In this document: positions 12,116-24,538 of the stretch, piece by piece
Layout of the letters: the number at the start of each line of letters is the position of its first letter
Numbering within the stretch: the stretch's first letter is position 1
Assembly (NCBI RefSeq): GCF_001194135.2
Contig: NC_068996.1
Coordinates: forward strand, 24,991,149 to 25,029,049
DNA from: Octopus bimaculoides
Lineage: Eukaryota
Length of the DNA: 37,901 nucleotides
Direction of reading: 5' to 3'
Made by a program: the position numbers and the translations under genes
Notes under the pieces: model-generated
Seen by the model: the letters and a program-made list of their open reading frames with translations, nothing else
What the model was told of the DNA's origin: nothing
Databases searched by the model: none

Positions 12116-13791
12116 TAATTGTAAACCTTGTTGTTAATGAAGTGATGACTGAGTGTGAAGAAAAGACAGTTGGAACTAATTATATTTTCAAGTAATTTTG
12201 TGCCAAATAATTTGTTTATTAATAGCTCAAAATAGTTTTTTAAAAAATGTAAATTTCTTTTTGAGATAATGATTGAGAAAAATCTGATTTTCCAACAAGC
12301 TATCGGTTATTACTGTATTAACTCTAGTTTTCCACAAATTTGGTTTCTATTGTTGCTTAGTGCTAGACTGACCCTGACCATCTGGATCTATGATTAAGTG
12401 TTCTAACTATGATTCTCCTTCTTATATCAAGGTACAGGCGTGGCTATGGAGTTAACAATTTTGCTTCCCAACCACATGTTTTCAGGTTCAGTCCCACTGT
12501 GTGGCACCTGGAACAAATGTCCTCTACAATAGTCCTGTGGCGACCAAAGCCTTGTAAGTAAATTTGGTAGATGGAAACTGAAAGAAGCCCATCGTACATA
12601 TGCATATAAGGTGTGAGGCTTAGTGGTTTGGATATTTGGCTTACAATCATAAGGTTGTGAGTTTGCTTCCTGGCAGCATGGTATAGCCTTGAGCAAGACA
12701 CTGTATGCATGTGTTGATGTTGCAGAATAGTTATAAAATGATTATTACTGTCATACAAACAGTGTCATTAATTTCCAATATTCTGTGAAAACATGTCTGA
12801 CCACGGGGAAATATTACTTTGCTTGGGAACAGGTTTGTTATCAAGAAGACAGAAGTAGATGGGGCTTGGCAACAAGAAGGGTTTTCAGCCTTAGGAAATC
12901 TGCTTCTGACCCATGGAAGCATGAAAGAGTAAACATTAAAACAACAACAATGATGATGATCTAGGTATTCGTTGTCTGATGTATCTTTCCTATTGTTTTA
13001 AAAGATGTTTGGTTGTGATTTGAGGGAGATTTGGCTGCTATTTTAGCAAGTTGAATGAACAAATAGTCTCTGTATACCTAAGTCATATTACATTTTTTCA
13101 CTGCATATCTCCAAGATGGAAAAAAAATCTTCATTTACCAAAATTTGACTCTTGTTCTCATTTTATAATTTTTTAATTTAAAAAAAAAATATTTTAATCA
13201 TGTGAGAGGGCAGTGCTCATAACCCTTTTACAGACCTAAGTTTTGTAGTGGGGATGTTATCCTGAAATTAGAAACTTAGCCTGAATGCTTAAAACAGGGT
13301 GAAGGTCCACCAAAGGGCCCCAAAGTACCAGGTAGTTGTGTTCAACTTTACAAAGGATTAAGTCCACTACCCATGTAGGCTACAGTAAGATTTGAACTCG
13401 TTATGTAAAGAGCTGGAACAAATACTGTAAGGCATCTAGCATGATTTTCATATAGCTCTGTCAGTCCATCACCCTGGATACCTGGTGCAGCTCCCTAGCT
13501 TACCAGTTTTCAGTCAAACCGTTCAACCCATGCCAGCATGGAAAATGGACATTAAATGATGATGATGGAAGAATGAAATGTAAAATTGAACTCGGAGTGG
13601 ATAGTCAGAATACTGTGACATTCTATTCAACACTTAACTCTGCCAATTTGTTTCCTATGGTAAAAGTATCAGATGGGCATCTTAATGTAGTATACACTCC
13701 TACACAGGAAGTGTTGCTATTTTTACTAGTCCTGTATTTATATTACATACTAAATAGTTTTTTTCATTTAATAACCCTTTTGTATACTACC

Positions 13792-14378
13792 TCTTTTACT
13801 TGTGTCAGTCATTTGACTGCGGCCATGCTAGAGCATCGCCTTTAGTCGAGCAAATCGACCCCAGGACTTATTCTTTGTAAGCCTAGTACTTATTCTATCG
13901 GTTTCTTTGGCCGAACTGCTAAGTTACGAGGACCTAAACACACCAGCATCAGTTGTCAAGCGATGTTGGGGGTACAAACACACACACAAAAATATACACA
14001 CATACACATATATATACATATATATATACGACTGGCTTCTTNNNNNNNNNNACCCCAGGACTTATTCTTTGTAAGCCTAGTACTTATTCTATCGGTTTCT
14101 TTGGCCGAACTGCTAAGTTACGAGGACCTAAACACACCAGCATCAGTTGTCAAGCGATGTTGGGGGTACAAACACACACACAAAAATATACACACATACA
14201 CATATATATACATATATATATACGACTGGCTTCTTTCAGTTTCCGTCTACCAAATCCACTCTCAAGGCTTTGGTCGGCCTGAGGCTATAGTAGAAGACAC
14301 TTGCCCAAGGTGCCACGCAGTGGGACTGAACCTGGAACCATGTGGTTGGTAAGCAAGCTACTTACTGCACAGCCACTC
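13792..14378 (-). mobile_element. tRNA-derived SINE (family A), young copy; 184 bp duplicated across a 10-N gap
   Basis: Head (minus strand) is ggagtggctgtgcagtaagtagcttgcttaccaaccacatggttccaggttcagtcccactgcgtggcacc, followed by an internal (TA/CA) microsatellite and a tail ending in gtaaaag. Confidence 0.85.
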
Positions 14379-16098
14379 CATTGAAATACACAGCCTTTGT
14401 TTCAATTAATTTTGATAATAGTGAAGAATTTAATAAAATAACTCTTATTAAAGTAGTGTTTGGAACAAACTGCAGTGATGATAGCTAACACTTCATCTTC
14501 ATCCCAGGGTCTACAAATATGGTCTCAATATTTGCAACAGAGTGGATTCTGTTAAAGGTGCCCAAGATGCTGGCTAACAGATTACGTCCACATATACCAT
14601 AGTGAGATTTGACCTCCAAGGTATCCTGTCCTATGTTCTTGCAGTTCTGCTAATCTGCCACCTTTGCTAGTAATTTTATTTTTGTTGATGCCAGAAGGGT
14701 GAACAACAAAGTTAACTTGCAGGTTTGAATTTTGACCACAGAAAGTTGGAACAAATACTGCAATGCAGTCCATTCCATGCTTGAACTAGTCCTTATTTGC
14801 TGCCCTAATTTGAAGGAGTTTGGCTGCTATTTCTAGCAGATCAACCCATCCTTTAACAGATCTCTTGGTAGTTCATTTTGTTGGACCTGCAAATTATCAA
14901 TTCTGTTCTTGAAGTGCTTACTTGAACATTACTAAGTATTCTAAAGCTGACCTAAAGAAAGTACACACACAGTCCCTCCCAAGAAGCAAAGAAAATTATC
15001 TGATCAAATCTTAAGTATCATCTCTTTGTTTAACACTTTTGTAACCAAATTTATGTTGAAGTATGTTAACTAAACACTGCTTTTGTTTCAATTAATTTTG
15101 AAAATAATGAAGAATTTAGTAAAATTATTAAACTGGTGTTTGGAACATTAAATAACATGAAATAACATGGAATTTTGATGGAAGGTTTTAATTTAGATCA
15201 TTAATCCTTATGTATACTATTTCTGTTGGAATATACTGCCTTTAATTCAGCTTTGAAATTAATGAAGAATTTAGTAAAATAATCTAGGTATTATTTAGTT
15301 GGAGATCGGAGCATAAATTGTGAAAAGCATTTAGTTTAAATCACTTTAAAACTAGAAGTTTGTATCATAGAACCAGGAACAGCCTTATCAAAATGGTTAA
15401 CAGACATTGTTTGAGCAAAAATCGTGACATTGTTTATGTTCTCCCGTCAAAAGACCTTTGGTTCAGTGGCTTTGTTGCTTTTAATGTGCGAGGACCAGTG
15501 GAGCAAGGAAACTAAAGAACCTTACTTGAAAAACAAGGGTTGGTGATAGAAAAAGCATTTACCAGTAGAAAATCAACTTCAGTAAGTCTTCCTCTAACCC
15601 ATGCCAGCATGGGATAAGCAGAAGTAAAATTTATGATAATCATCATTTTCTATGTTGTGAAACTCTTCATTAGCAATCGGTGTAACACATGGTGGACAAG
15701 AATTTGAGATGGTGAATAAAGTCTCTAGTATACAAGCCTCCTATTGTTATTTCATGTTACAAATATGTACATGCAAGTTAGCAGGAGGGGGTGGGGTGGA
15801 AATAAAAAGGAATGTCAGACAGAGACCATCCTGCCAGGTGGTCTAATTTTACTTGCTGCTCATATTATTCAATGTATGCAGCATTTTGAAAAGAAAATTG
15901 ATTAGGAGTGTTTGTTGTACATTAATGTAGAACTTAGGTGTGTTTGAGACTGAAAAGTTGAAGGACCTTTCTTCCCCCACTTCATTTTAAATTATGAAAA
16001 TACTAGAGAACCAAGGGACATATAGTTGTTTCTATTGTTAACTTCAGAACAACAAAACAGTGGTAGAAGTTCACATGTAAAGCTATGTGAACCTCCCT

Positions 16099-16360
16099 CC
16101 CTACCCTACCCTACCCTACCCTACCCTCCCTTCCTTTCTTCCTTCCCTCCCCCTCCCTCCTTTCTTTCTTTCTTCCTCCCTTTCTCCCTNNNNNNNNNNN
16201 NNNNNNNNNNNNNNNNNNNNNNNNNNNNNNNNNNNNNNNNNNNNNNNNNNNNNNNNNNNNNNNNNNNNNNTCTTTCTTCCTTCTTTTCTTTCTCCCTCCC
16301 TCCCTCTCTTTCTTCATCCCTCTCTCCCTCCCACCCACCTCCCTCCCTCCCTTTCTTTCT
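16099..16360. repeat. CT-rich low-complexity tract (CCCTA, CTTT, CCCT) with an internal gap
   Basis: Directly visible. Confidence 0.9.
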
Positions 16361-17144
16361 TTACAACAGTTTTGTAATGGCTTCCTTTGGAATGGTTACT
16401 TGTCTACTATAAATTTCTAGCTAAATAATATTAGAAGCAGTCAATTTACTTTCCCTCATTCAAATAACACAAATAAAATATTTAAGTCCAGCTGCTATTT
16501 TTTTTTTTAAAGTTTATTTATCTAGTTCTATTTAATAACCTTTTTTTTTATGTGTATATATAAAATGGGGGTTTGTAGCCAGTTTAAATAAATTGGTATT
16601 TCATACTGTAAAACTCAAGAATTACAGGAAAAATATGTCTACGTTTATTTGTTTATTTATATTTATTCATTTTTTTTCAACTGTTGATATACAAGACATA
16701 TAATCTTACTCAAAGAAAGAGTTAGATTTATTTTCCTCTTCAATAATGTATTCAATTTCTTAAACTGAATTTGTTTGCTCTAAGACGGTTTTGTGAAGAA
16801 TAAAGTGTGCTGATGCTGAAATAGCTAAAACTTGTGGAGTAAAATGTGGCCCACTAAACAAAATGTATGGTGCGTAACTTGAGAGAATTAAGTAAACATG
16901 AAATTGTTGGAATAGAATTAATTTCTACAGCATGTTTGTTGTTGGAAATGGTTACTGACATTGCTTTTGGTCATGAGGCAGTTGAACATTTTAGTTCTGC
17001 TTTGAAGCAAATATGTAATATTTTTACACATATATTAATTATTGGTTTATGCTCCACAAATTCATGAACAATTAAACTCAATTATGTCCATGTGAAGGAT
17101 GGGCAACATTCCATGTATATATTTTTGTGTTCTTCAAAAAGAGC

Positions 17145-17700
17145 TGGGTTAAGCTAGGGCCTGTATTATATGATATAAAGTTCTTCTATTGGACGGTGGC
17201 CATGCTAGGGTACAACCTTGAAGAGTTTAGTTAAATAAGTTGATCCCAGGACTAATTTAAGTCTGGTGTTTATTCTATCAGTCTCTTAGTTACAGGGATG
17301 TAAACAAACTAATGTTGGTTGCCAGCCAGTGATGATGATAGGGAAGTAGGACACAGATAAAAGCACATGTGTGGTACAAAAATATATAAAACAAAAACTT
17401 GAAGACGGGTAAAAGAAAACAAACAGGGTGTGTTAGGTCGATGCTCAGGAAATCTGGAAAAAGCTTTCCATAGACGAGTGTATGTTCAAAGCATTAAAAT
17501 GCTTTGAACATACACTCGTCTATGGAAAGGGTGGATGAGGAAAAAAAAAAATAGAGAATTTATGACTACCAATTCCAATCACAAGGCATTGGTTAGCTCT
17601 GGCTATAGAACACACTTGCCCAAGGTGCTGCATCATGGAACTGAACCTAGGACTACATAACTGCAAAGCAAGCTTCTTAACCATACAGCCATGCCTGTAC
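17145..17700 (-). mobile_element. Old family A SINE carrying an unrelated insertion of about 190 bp (about 17373-17560)
   Basis: Tail and head halves are homologous to family A. The middle is replaced by sequence containing a 66-bp palindrome. Confidence 0.55.
17464..17529. repeat. Perfect 32-bp inverted repeat with a 2-nt spacer
   Basis: CTTTCCATAGACGAGTGTATGTTCAAAGCATT-AA-AATGCTTTGAACATACACTCGTCTATGGAAAG. Confidence 0.95.
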
Positions 17701-17772
17701 TTAGCTGCTTACCTACACAGCCCATGCTTACGCCTAAGTTGTTTTAGTGAAGTATAATTGATTTTATGTGAA

Positions 17773-18090
17773 GTCACGTGGCTTAATGGTTAGGGTACTC
17801 AGCTTATAATTGTAAGGTTGTGAGTTCAATTCCTGGTGACACATTATATCCTTTAGCAAGTCACTTTATTTCATGTTGCTCCAGTCCACTCAACTGGCAA
17901 AAATGAGTAGTACCTGTATTCCAATGGGCCAGCCTTGTCACACTCTGTGTCACATTGAATCTCCCTGAAGAACTGTTAAGGGTACGTGTGTTTATGGAGT
18001 GCTTAGCCATTTCCATGTTAATTTCACGAGCTGGCTGTTCCGTTTATCAGATCAACTGGAACCCTCATCGTTAAAATTGATGGAGTGCCA
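17773..18090 (+). mobile_element. tRNA-derived SINE, older
   Basis: A-box-like gtggcttaatggttagg and B-box-like gagttcaattcc. Core is shared with the 3500 SINE; the 3' half is shared with the 18495 SINE. Confidence 0.7.
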
Positions 18091-18494
18091 GTAATTGATT
18101 TAATGAATTTAGCTGTATATCTCATTACCTAGTTTATGTAGATCAGCTACTGGGGAAGTAGTGGCTACACGATTTCCAATATTATTTTACCTGATAAATT
18201 GATGTATTTGATACATTTAGGTTAACACTCAAGTGTTTAGTTTGGGATGAATTTTGATGGGTAGGTTTTTCCACTAACATGAAGCTCAAATGCTATAAAC
18301 TTTACAAGTTCCCATTACTATACAATAGCATTGCTATTTAAACAGTTAAGATGCACAAATTAAATATTCACCCCTTTTATACAAATGTTAATATAAGATA
18401 AATTTACTTTTTTGGTCTGTTATTGAAAGTGTGACAATATCAATTTAAACTTGCTATTCGTGGTATGCCTTTTGTTAGTAGCATACTATTTAAG

Positions 18495-18880
18495 AGTGGA
18501 GGCACAATGGCCCAGTGGTTAGGGCAGCGGACTCGAGGTCATAGGATCGCTGTTTCGATTCCCAGACCGGGCATTGTGAGTGTTTATTGAGCGAAAACAC
18601 CTAAAAAGCTCCACGAGGCTCCGGCAGGGGATGGTGGCGAACCCTGCTGTACTCTTTCACCACAACTTTCTCTCACTCTTACTTCCTGTTTTTCTTGTGC
18701 CTGTAATTCAAAGGGTTAGCCTTGTCACACTATCATGCTGAATCTCCCCGAGAACTACGTTAAGGGTACACGTGTCTGTGGAGTGCTCAGCCACTTGCAC
18801 GTTAATTTCACGAGCAGGGTGTTCCGTTGATCGGATCAACTGGAACTCTTGACGTCGTAAGCGACAGTGCCAACAACAAA
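18495..18880 (+). mobile_element. Full-length tRNA-derived SINE with an 8-bp TSD
   Basis: Head GGCACAATGGCCCAGTGGTTAGGGCAGCGGACTCGAGGTCATAGGATCGCTGTTTCGATTCCC (possibly Arg-TCG-like) and a (CAA)n tail. TATTTAAG occurs at 18487-18494 and 18881-18888. Confidence 0.85.
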
Positions 18881-19450
18881 TATTTAAGCAGAAGCTGTAA
18901 ACTTTTTTTCACTACTTTCATGGATTCCCATGACTCACTGCTGCCATCCAGTTCTGCAATTATGAGTTTGAATTGAAAGCTTGAGTCATAATGAATCTTT
19001 CATCAGCTGATTATACAACCATAGATGCCTCCCCTATGGATGCATTGCAGTTATTCTCTTGATAGAGCTTGGTGATCCTGACTGTTGATCTTCATGGATT
19101 TCTCCACTCATCATCAATGTAAGAAGCACCATTGGCTCAGTTCAGCTCTTCTGCTACCTCTTCAGAAGCCACTATACTGCATTTCTGTGACTTCACCATA
19201 TCCCTGGCAGGGTAGCTAAACAGGTGTTACACCTTGCCAAATGGAAATCCGTAACTATTTAGGGTATGGTTGTCACACCTTGAAGTAGTTTCAAAATACC
19301 CATATACCCAAGCACACTAAATATTTCTTATATATTATACAAACTAATGATAACTATTCCCTTGAAATCAAGCTGGAATTTTAAAATAAATATATCAGTA
19401 AAAATTTGATTCATTCAACCAAAGAAAAAAAATTAAGTGCAATTATTGTA

Positions 19451-20332
19451 TTCTGAGTTTAAGGCATTCTGAGTTTAAGGCATTCTGAGTTTAAGGCGTT
19501 CTGAGTTTAAGGCGTTCTGAGTTTAAGGCGTTCTGAGTTTAAGGCGTTCTGAGTTTAAGGCGTTCTGCGTTTAAGGCGTTCTGAGTATAAGGCGTTCTGA
19601 GTATAAGGCGTTCTGAGTATAGGGCATTCTGAGTATAGGGCATTCTGAGTATAGGGCATTCTGAGTATAGGGCATTCTGAGTATAGGGCATTCTGAGTAT
19701 AGGGCATTCTGAGTATAGGGCATTCTGAGTATAGGGCATNNNNNNNNNNNNNNNNNNNNNNNNNNNNNNNNNNNNNNNNNNNNNNNNNNNNNNNNNNNNN
19801 NNNNNNNNNNNNNNNNNNNNNNNNNNNNNNNNNNNNNNNNNNNNNNNNNNNNNNNNNNNNNNNNNNNNNNNNNNNNNNNNNNNNNNNNNNNNNNNNNNNN
19901 NNNNNNNNNNNNNNNNNNNNNNNNNNNNNNNNNNNNNNNNNNNNNNNNNNNNNNNNNNNNNNNNNNNNNNNNNNNNNNNNNNNNNNNNNNNNNNNNNNNN
20001 NNNNNNNNNNNNNNNNNNNNNNNNNNNNNNNNNNNNNNNNNNNNNNNNNNNNNNNNNNNNNNNNNNNNNNNNNNNNNNNNNTTCTGAGTATAGGGCATTT
20101 CTGAGTATAGGGCATTTCTGAGTATAGGGCATTTCTGAGTATAGGGCATTTCTGAGTATAGGGCATTTCTGAGTTTAGGGCATTTCTGAGTTTAGGGCAT
20201 TTCTGAGTTTAGGGCATTTCTGAGTTTAGGGCATTTCTGAGTTTAGGGCATTCCTGAGTTTAGGGCATTCCTGAGTTTAGGGCATTCCTGAGTTTAGGGC
20301 ATTTCTGAGTTTAGGGCATTCCTGAGTTTAGG
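19451..20332. repeat. 16/17-bp minisatellite array (TTCTGAGTWTARGGCR; TTYCTGAGTWTAGGGCA) spanning a gap
   Basis: 18 units of 16 bp precede the gap (19740-20081) and about 15 units of 17 bp follow it. There are no spacers, so it is not CRISPR. Confidence 0.95.
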
Positions 20333-21846
20333 ATTGTATAACTATTTATTAGCATCTGACAAAAATAGTGACTCTTCCAATTATCCATTGATTTTATTGC
20401 AATTTAATTTAAAGTATATTGGATCTTGAAAATATTGTACATGTTAGATCCACCTGGGATACGCAGCCATTAGTAAAAGATGAAGGCAGTATAGTAATTT
20501 TTATCTCTTTAAACCTTGAATTGTTTAGTCAAACAGATTGATGCCAGTACTTATTTTTGGGTGTGGTATTTATTCTATTGGTATCTTTTGCTGAACTGCT
20601 AAGTAATGGGGATGTAAACAAAATGACAATGGTTGTCAAGTGGCACACACACACACACACACCACTTGGAAGGCATAGGTTGGTCCATAGCTATAGTAGA
20701 AGACACTTGCACAAGGTGCCATGCAGTAGAATTGAACCCAAAACCTCGTGGTTGCAAAGTGAGCTTCTTAACCACACAGCCCTGCCTCAGAATAGCTGAG
20801 GTACTGAAACAAAACTGATACCTTGCAGGCATCTAATGTAAACTATATTGGCTCTTGGAATTATTCCAGGTATTGGATCACTATTTATTGATCCAGTCAT
20901 TCATAGAAATCGAAGGGTGTAGAGTATTGTAGCAATGAAGCATTTAGGGTGGTGGTGGTGGTGGGGTACCCCTATAAATGTGAATTCTGTGGTGTATGGT
21001 ACTAGGTTAATCCGACACAGATTCTGTATAAATGCTGATACTTGTACATTTGTAGAAACAGTGGTGAAAGATAGCATGTTTGTGTGTAAGGCTGACTATG
21101 AAAGCATATGCTCGTTTATGTAGGCAGTATTTTAAGCAGTAGATATACGGTGGGTGTGGGTGTGTGTGTGCGCGCGCGTGCGTGCCTCTCTATTGCTTTA
21201 ATTTAAAAAATGTTACTGTTGATCCCTCTGGTGAGATTATTTTACATTCCTAAACAGACTTGAAAAATAATCTAATCTAATATGTTGACGCTATTTCATA
21301 GTAACTTTGTACCGACATATTTCGATAATGGCCTGACCTTTTTATCTTGGCCCAAGTTTTCTTCTACGATGAAATAAACACCAAACAACATTTAGGCTTG
21401 TTTGCTGTGACCCTTCACCATCTTCTTTATTGCTCTATTTGAATGTTTCAATGTTTAAAATTGAATTAAACATTCTGATGGTAATGATGAACATATTTAT
21501 CATGTGAAATATCTACAATTGGGTTATTATTTAACCCAGCATCAGACCTAGCCTGTTTAAGCACATTCAATTTGTGACTAGGCTATGTTTGGGATGTCCC
21601 CCCCCCTTTTGTTTTATTTTTATAAGTGCTATCTTTCATATTTTACTTGTTGCAATCATTGGATTGCAACCATGGTGAGATATTGCTTTGAAGGGTTTTT
21701 AGTCAAATGAATCTACCTCAGAACTTATTTTTAAGCTTAGCACTTATTCTGTTTGTCTCTTACGCTGAATTACTAATTTATAAAGATGTAGACAAACCAA
21801 CACTGGTTGTCAAATGGTGTGGAGAATAAACATAAAGACACAGGTA

Positions 21847-21880
<34 letters not shown>

Positions 21881-22039
21881 ATAATATTGTAGATGTGTAG
21901 CTTTGTCGATTAAAATTCTTGGCAGCATTTACTGCTCTTTACATCCAGAATTTACATGTGTGCGCGTGTGTGTGTGTGTATGTATATATACATATATATA
22001 TGTGTGTTTTTGCGTGTATATATGTATTTATTAGGTTGT

Positions 22040-22650
22040 GTACCCAGTAATTCCCAGGGTGCAAATGATTGGATACTGTCTGTGAAGTGGGAAGCCAAAT
22101 ATACGCCAAATCGCCTTGTTTGATATGTATCTTCCCAGTTGATAATGTCTTATTTCATCCATTTGCTGTTCATGTGCATTGACTCCAAAAACTGCCATAT
22201 CGGACCCCTTGTTGATGCATTTGCAGATGTATTTTATGCTCTTAACAGAATTACTTGATTTGATGTGTGCCTCAAATATTTTCTATAGGAGTTTGTTGTA
22301 TGGCACAATCCATCTGTTGTCAACTTCAACCTCTTGCTGGTGTGTCTTCAGTGTTGCAGTATAACCGCCATGTTCAGGTTTGCACTGCCTGTAGAATGGA
22401 TAACCATCATGTCCGGTTTGTGTTTCTTGAACGAATGGTCTGGGGAACCTTTTGTTGCTCTTATTATTCTCCATGCAAGGAGACGAAAGGTTAAAGCTTC
22501 CACAGGGCCTTCACATTGTTGTAGATCTGAATGTCTTGCTCTGGGTTTGGGAACTCTGCAGAAATCTCTAGACTGTAGTAGTTTCATAAATTCTGTTATG
22601 CATAATAAACCCATTTTATTCCCAATATTATAGGAGTGAGATCTACCTAT
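22040..22650 (-). mobile_element. Helitron Rep-domain fragment, pseudogenised
   Basis: Conceptual translation: ISAEFPNPEQD..(frameshift)..CGSFNLSSPCMENNKSNKRFPRPFVQETQTGHDGYPFYR..VDNRWIVPYNKLL*KIFEAHIKSSNSVKSIKYICKCINKGSDMAVFGV..DEIRHYQLGRYISNKAIWRIFGFPLH. These are hallmark Helitron Rep/Hel motifs; stop codon at 22283-22285. Confidence 0.92.
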
Positions 22651-22828
22651 TATACTCCAATTAAGGCTTAAGTAAATATATATGGGAATTAAAATCTAGA
22701 AAAAGGTTTTCCATCTCCAGATCATCATGATTCCCAAAAAATATAATATGCCAATGTAGAGCAAATGTAAACTGAGATACAGGGGTCCTGGACAGACAGA
22801 CAGACACAATTTTACATTTATTATAATG

Positions 22829-22865
<37 letters not shown>

Positions 22866-23574
22866 GTAAATATATGATTGCACAACTTAGTGTTTTTCCA
22901 TGATTTAAGCTGGTATGAATGATGGTTGTGAGTGAACAGTTTCAAAATATTTCTACAGAGACTTTGCTTTATGATTAAAAAAAAGTTAATGTAAACATTA
23001 CTTAGAGTATATGAAAACAATATGTATTCTTGCTTTAAAACAAATTTGAGAGAAACTGAGAGCAAACAAACACATGTAGCCTATCAGCTGATGCTTTGTG
23101 ATTTCAAACAATTTGAATATTGTAAACATTCAGCTCAGTCCAGGCTTTTCATAATTTTTCAGATAGCTTGTTGTCTGCTGTTAAAATCCATCTGCAAAAT
23201 AAATATGTTCTAAGAATTATTACACAAAGGTATTTTAAAGAAAAGCTGAAAGTATCAGCAATTCGGTGTCTACTCTTCTATACTTGTATGAGTTGGATGG
23301 AGTTTATTGGAGCAGATTTTCAGTAGCCTGATGCCCTTCCTGTTGCTAACCTTTGCCTGTTTTCAAGCAGTGGAATATTTCTTGGTCAGACATGTTTTTG
23401 CAGAATATTGGAAACGAATGACACTGCTTGTACAACAGTGATACTCATTTACACCTACCATGCAATGTCAAGACAAGGAGACACAAATGTGCGCACACAC
23501 TGTGCATATTTATTTTCAATCCTGAAGGTGTTTTACACAATCGATTACAAGTTGTATATATCAAACTTATTACT

Positions 23575-23960
23575 TTGAGCAGCATGAGTAACAAAGATGG
23601 CTAATTGAGCCAGTATCTAACCTGGCAGCAAAGTCACAATTGTGACAATGTAAATTTGCAAGATTATTCATATTTTGATAATTTCGCTTTCCATTTTCAT
23701 GCAGTTGGTTGTGGTGAAGCATTCTTACGCTTCAAAGTTTACTAGTCCTATAAGGCACCATCTTCTCCAGTCATTTTGGTCTTTTTGCAGTATCCTCCAA
23801 CTTATTGTCTTTTATATTGTATTGATGCATTTTAATTTATCCTTAAATTTGTCTTTATACCATTGTAACGATCTACCAACCTTATGTTGTGAACTTTTAG
23901 ATGTCCATAAAAGACTTGCTTTAGAATTCTGTCATCATTCATCTTAAGATCTTGACAGAT
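23575..23960 (-). mobile_element. Degenerate 3' end of an RTE-clade LINE
   Basis: KMNDDRILKQVFYGHL (frameshift) KVGRSLQWYKDKFKDKLK, then a C-terminal CHNCDF..ISHL zinc-finger-like remnant, as in RTE ORF ends (RM.D.R.PK..FYG.L...R..GRP..R.KD). Confidence 0.65.
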
Positions 23961-24282
23961 TTTTGAATTCTTGTACAAGGGAACAAATAATGCATCTGTT
24001 TACAAAAATGCCAAGAGGTATCTTGAATGCAGAGAGTACTGTATAGTCCTAAGTAAAGAGTGTGATATAGCATGATAGCAATACCTGAAAAAGCAACTGC
24101 AATAGCTGTGTGTTTATGTTGACACTTTGGTCAGCAATAAATTGATGAATATTTTTCTAGTTCCACAATGAACATTAAAGAATCTAATTCCAACTTCATG
24201 CTGCTGAAGCCTGTTCAAAAATAACAGAACAGACTTTCATCTCATCTACAGTGAATTGGGGTTCATTTTCATTGACCTATAC

Positions 24283-24501
24283 CAGTGACTCTCAACCATT
24301 TTTACCCTTTGGACACCTTTGATTCCTATTTCACTTCATAGCAATTTGATGTCTAAAAAATCCTATTATATTTTTATAATTAAATATTAGGAATTGTATA
24401 ATAAAAATTAAAATATTTTGTGTGTTGTAGAAATATAACTGATTTATTGCAGATAAATTTTAACAACAAAGTCTTATATGGACCCTAGTTGAGAACCACT
24501 G
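24283..24501. mobile_element. hAT-type MITE
   Basis: TIRs CAGTGACTCTCAAC / GTTGAGAACCACTG; 8-bp TSD ACCTATAC / GCCTATAC (7/8). Confidence 0.85.
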
Positions 24502-24538
24502 GCCTATACTATTAATGAGTTGCTATAATATGATATTT

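Noticed and set aside
13858-14235. Exact 184-bp tandem duplication (13858-14041 = 14052-14235)
   Set aside because: The copies are identical and sit on either side of a 10-N gap, typical of an unmerged contig overlap; probably an assembly artefact.
18900-19300. Stretch with a coding-like composition on the minus strand
   Set aside because: Multiple stops in all frames and no motif I can recognise; possibly an old TE remnant but not supportable.
19451-20332. Array as a CRISPR locus, or as the three long minus-strand ORFs (MPYTQNALYSE repeats)
   Set aside because: The units are contiguous with no unique spacers and there are no cas genes. The ORFs arise from stop-free repeat units and N runs.
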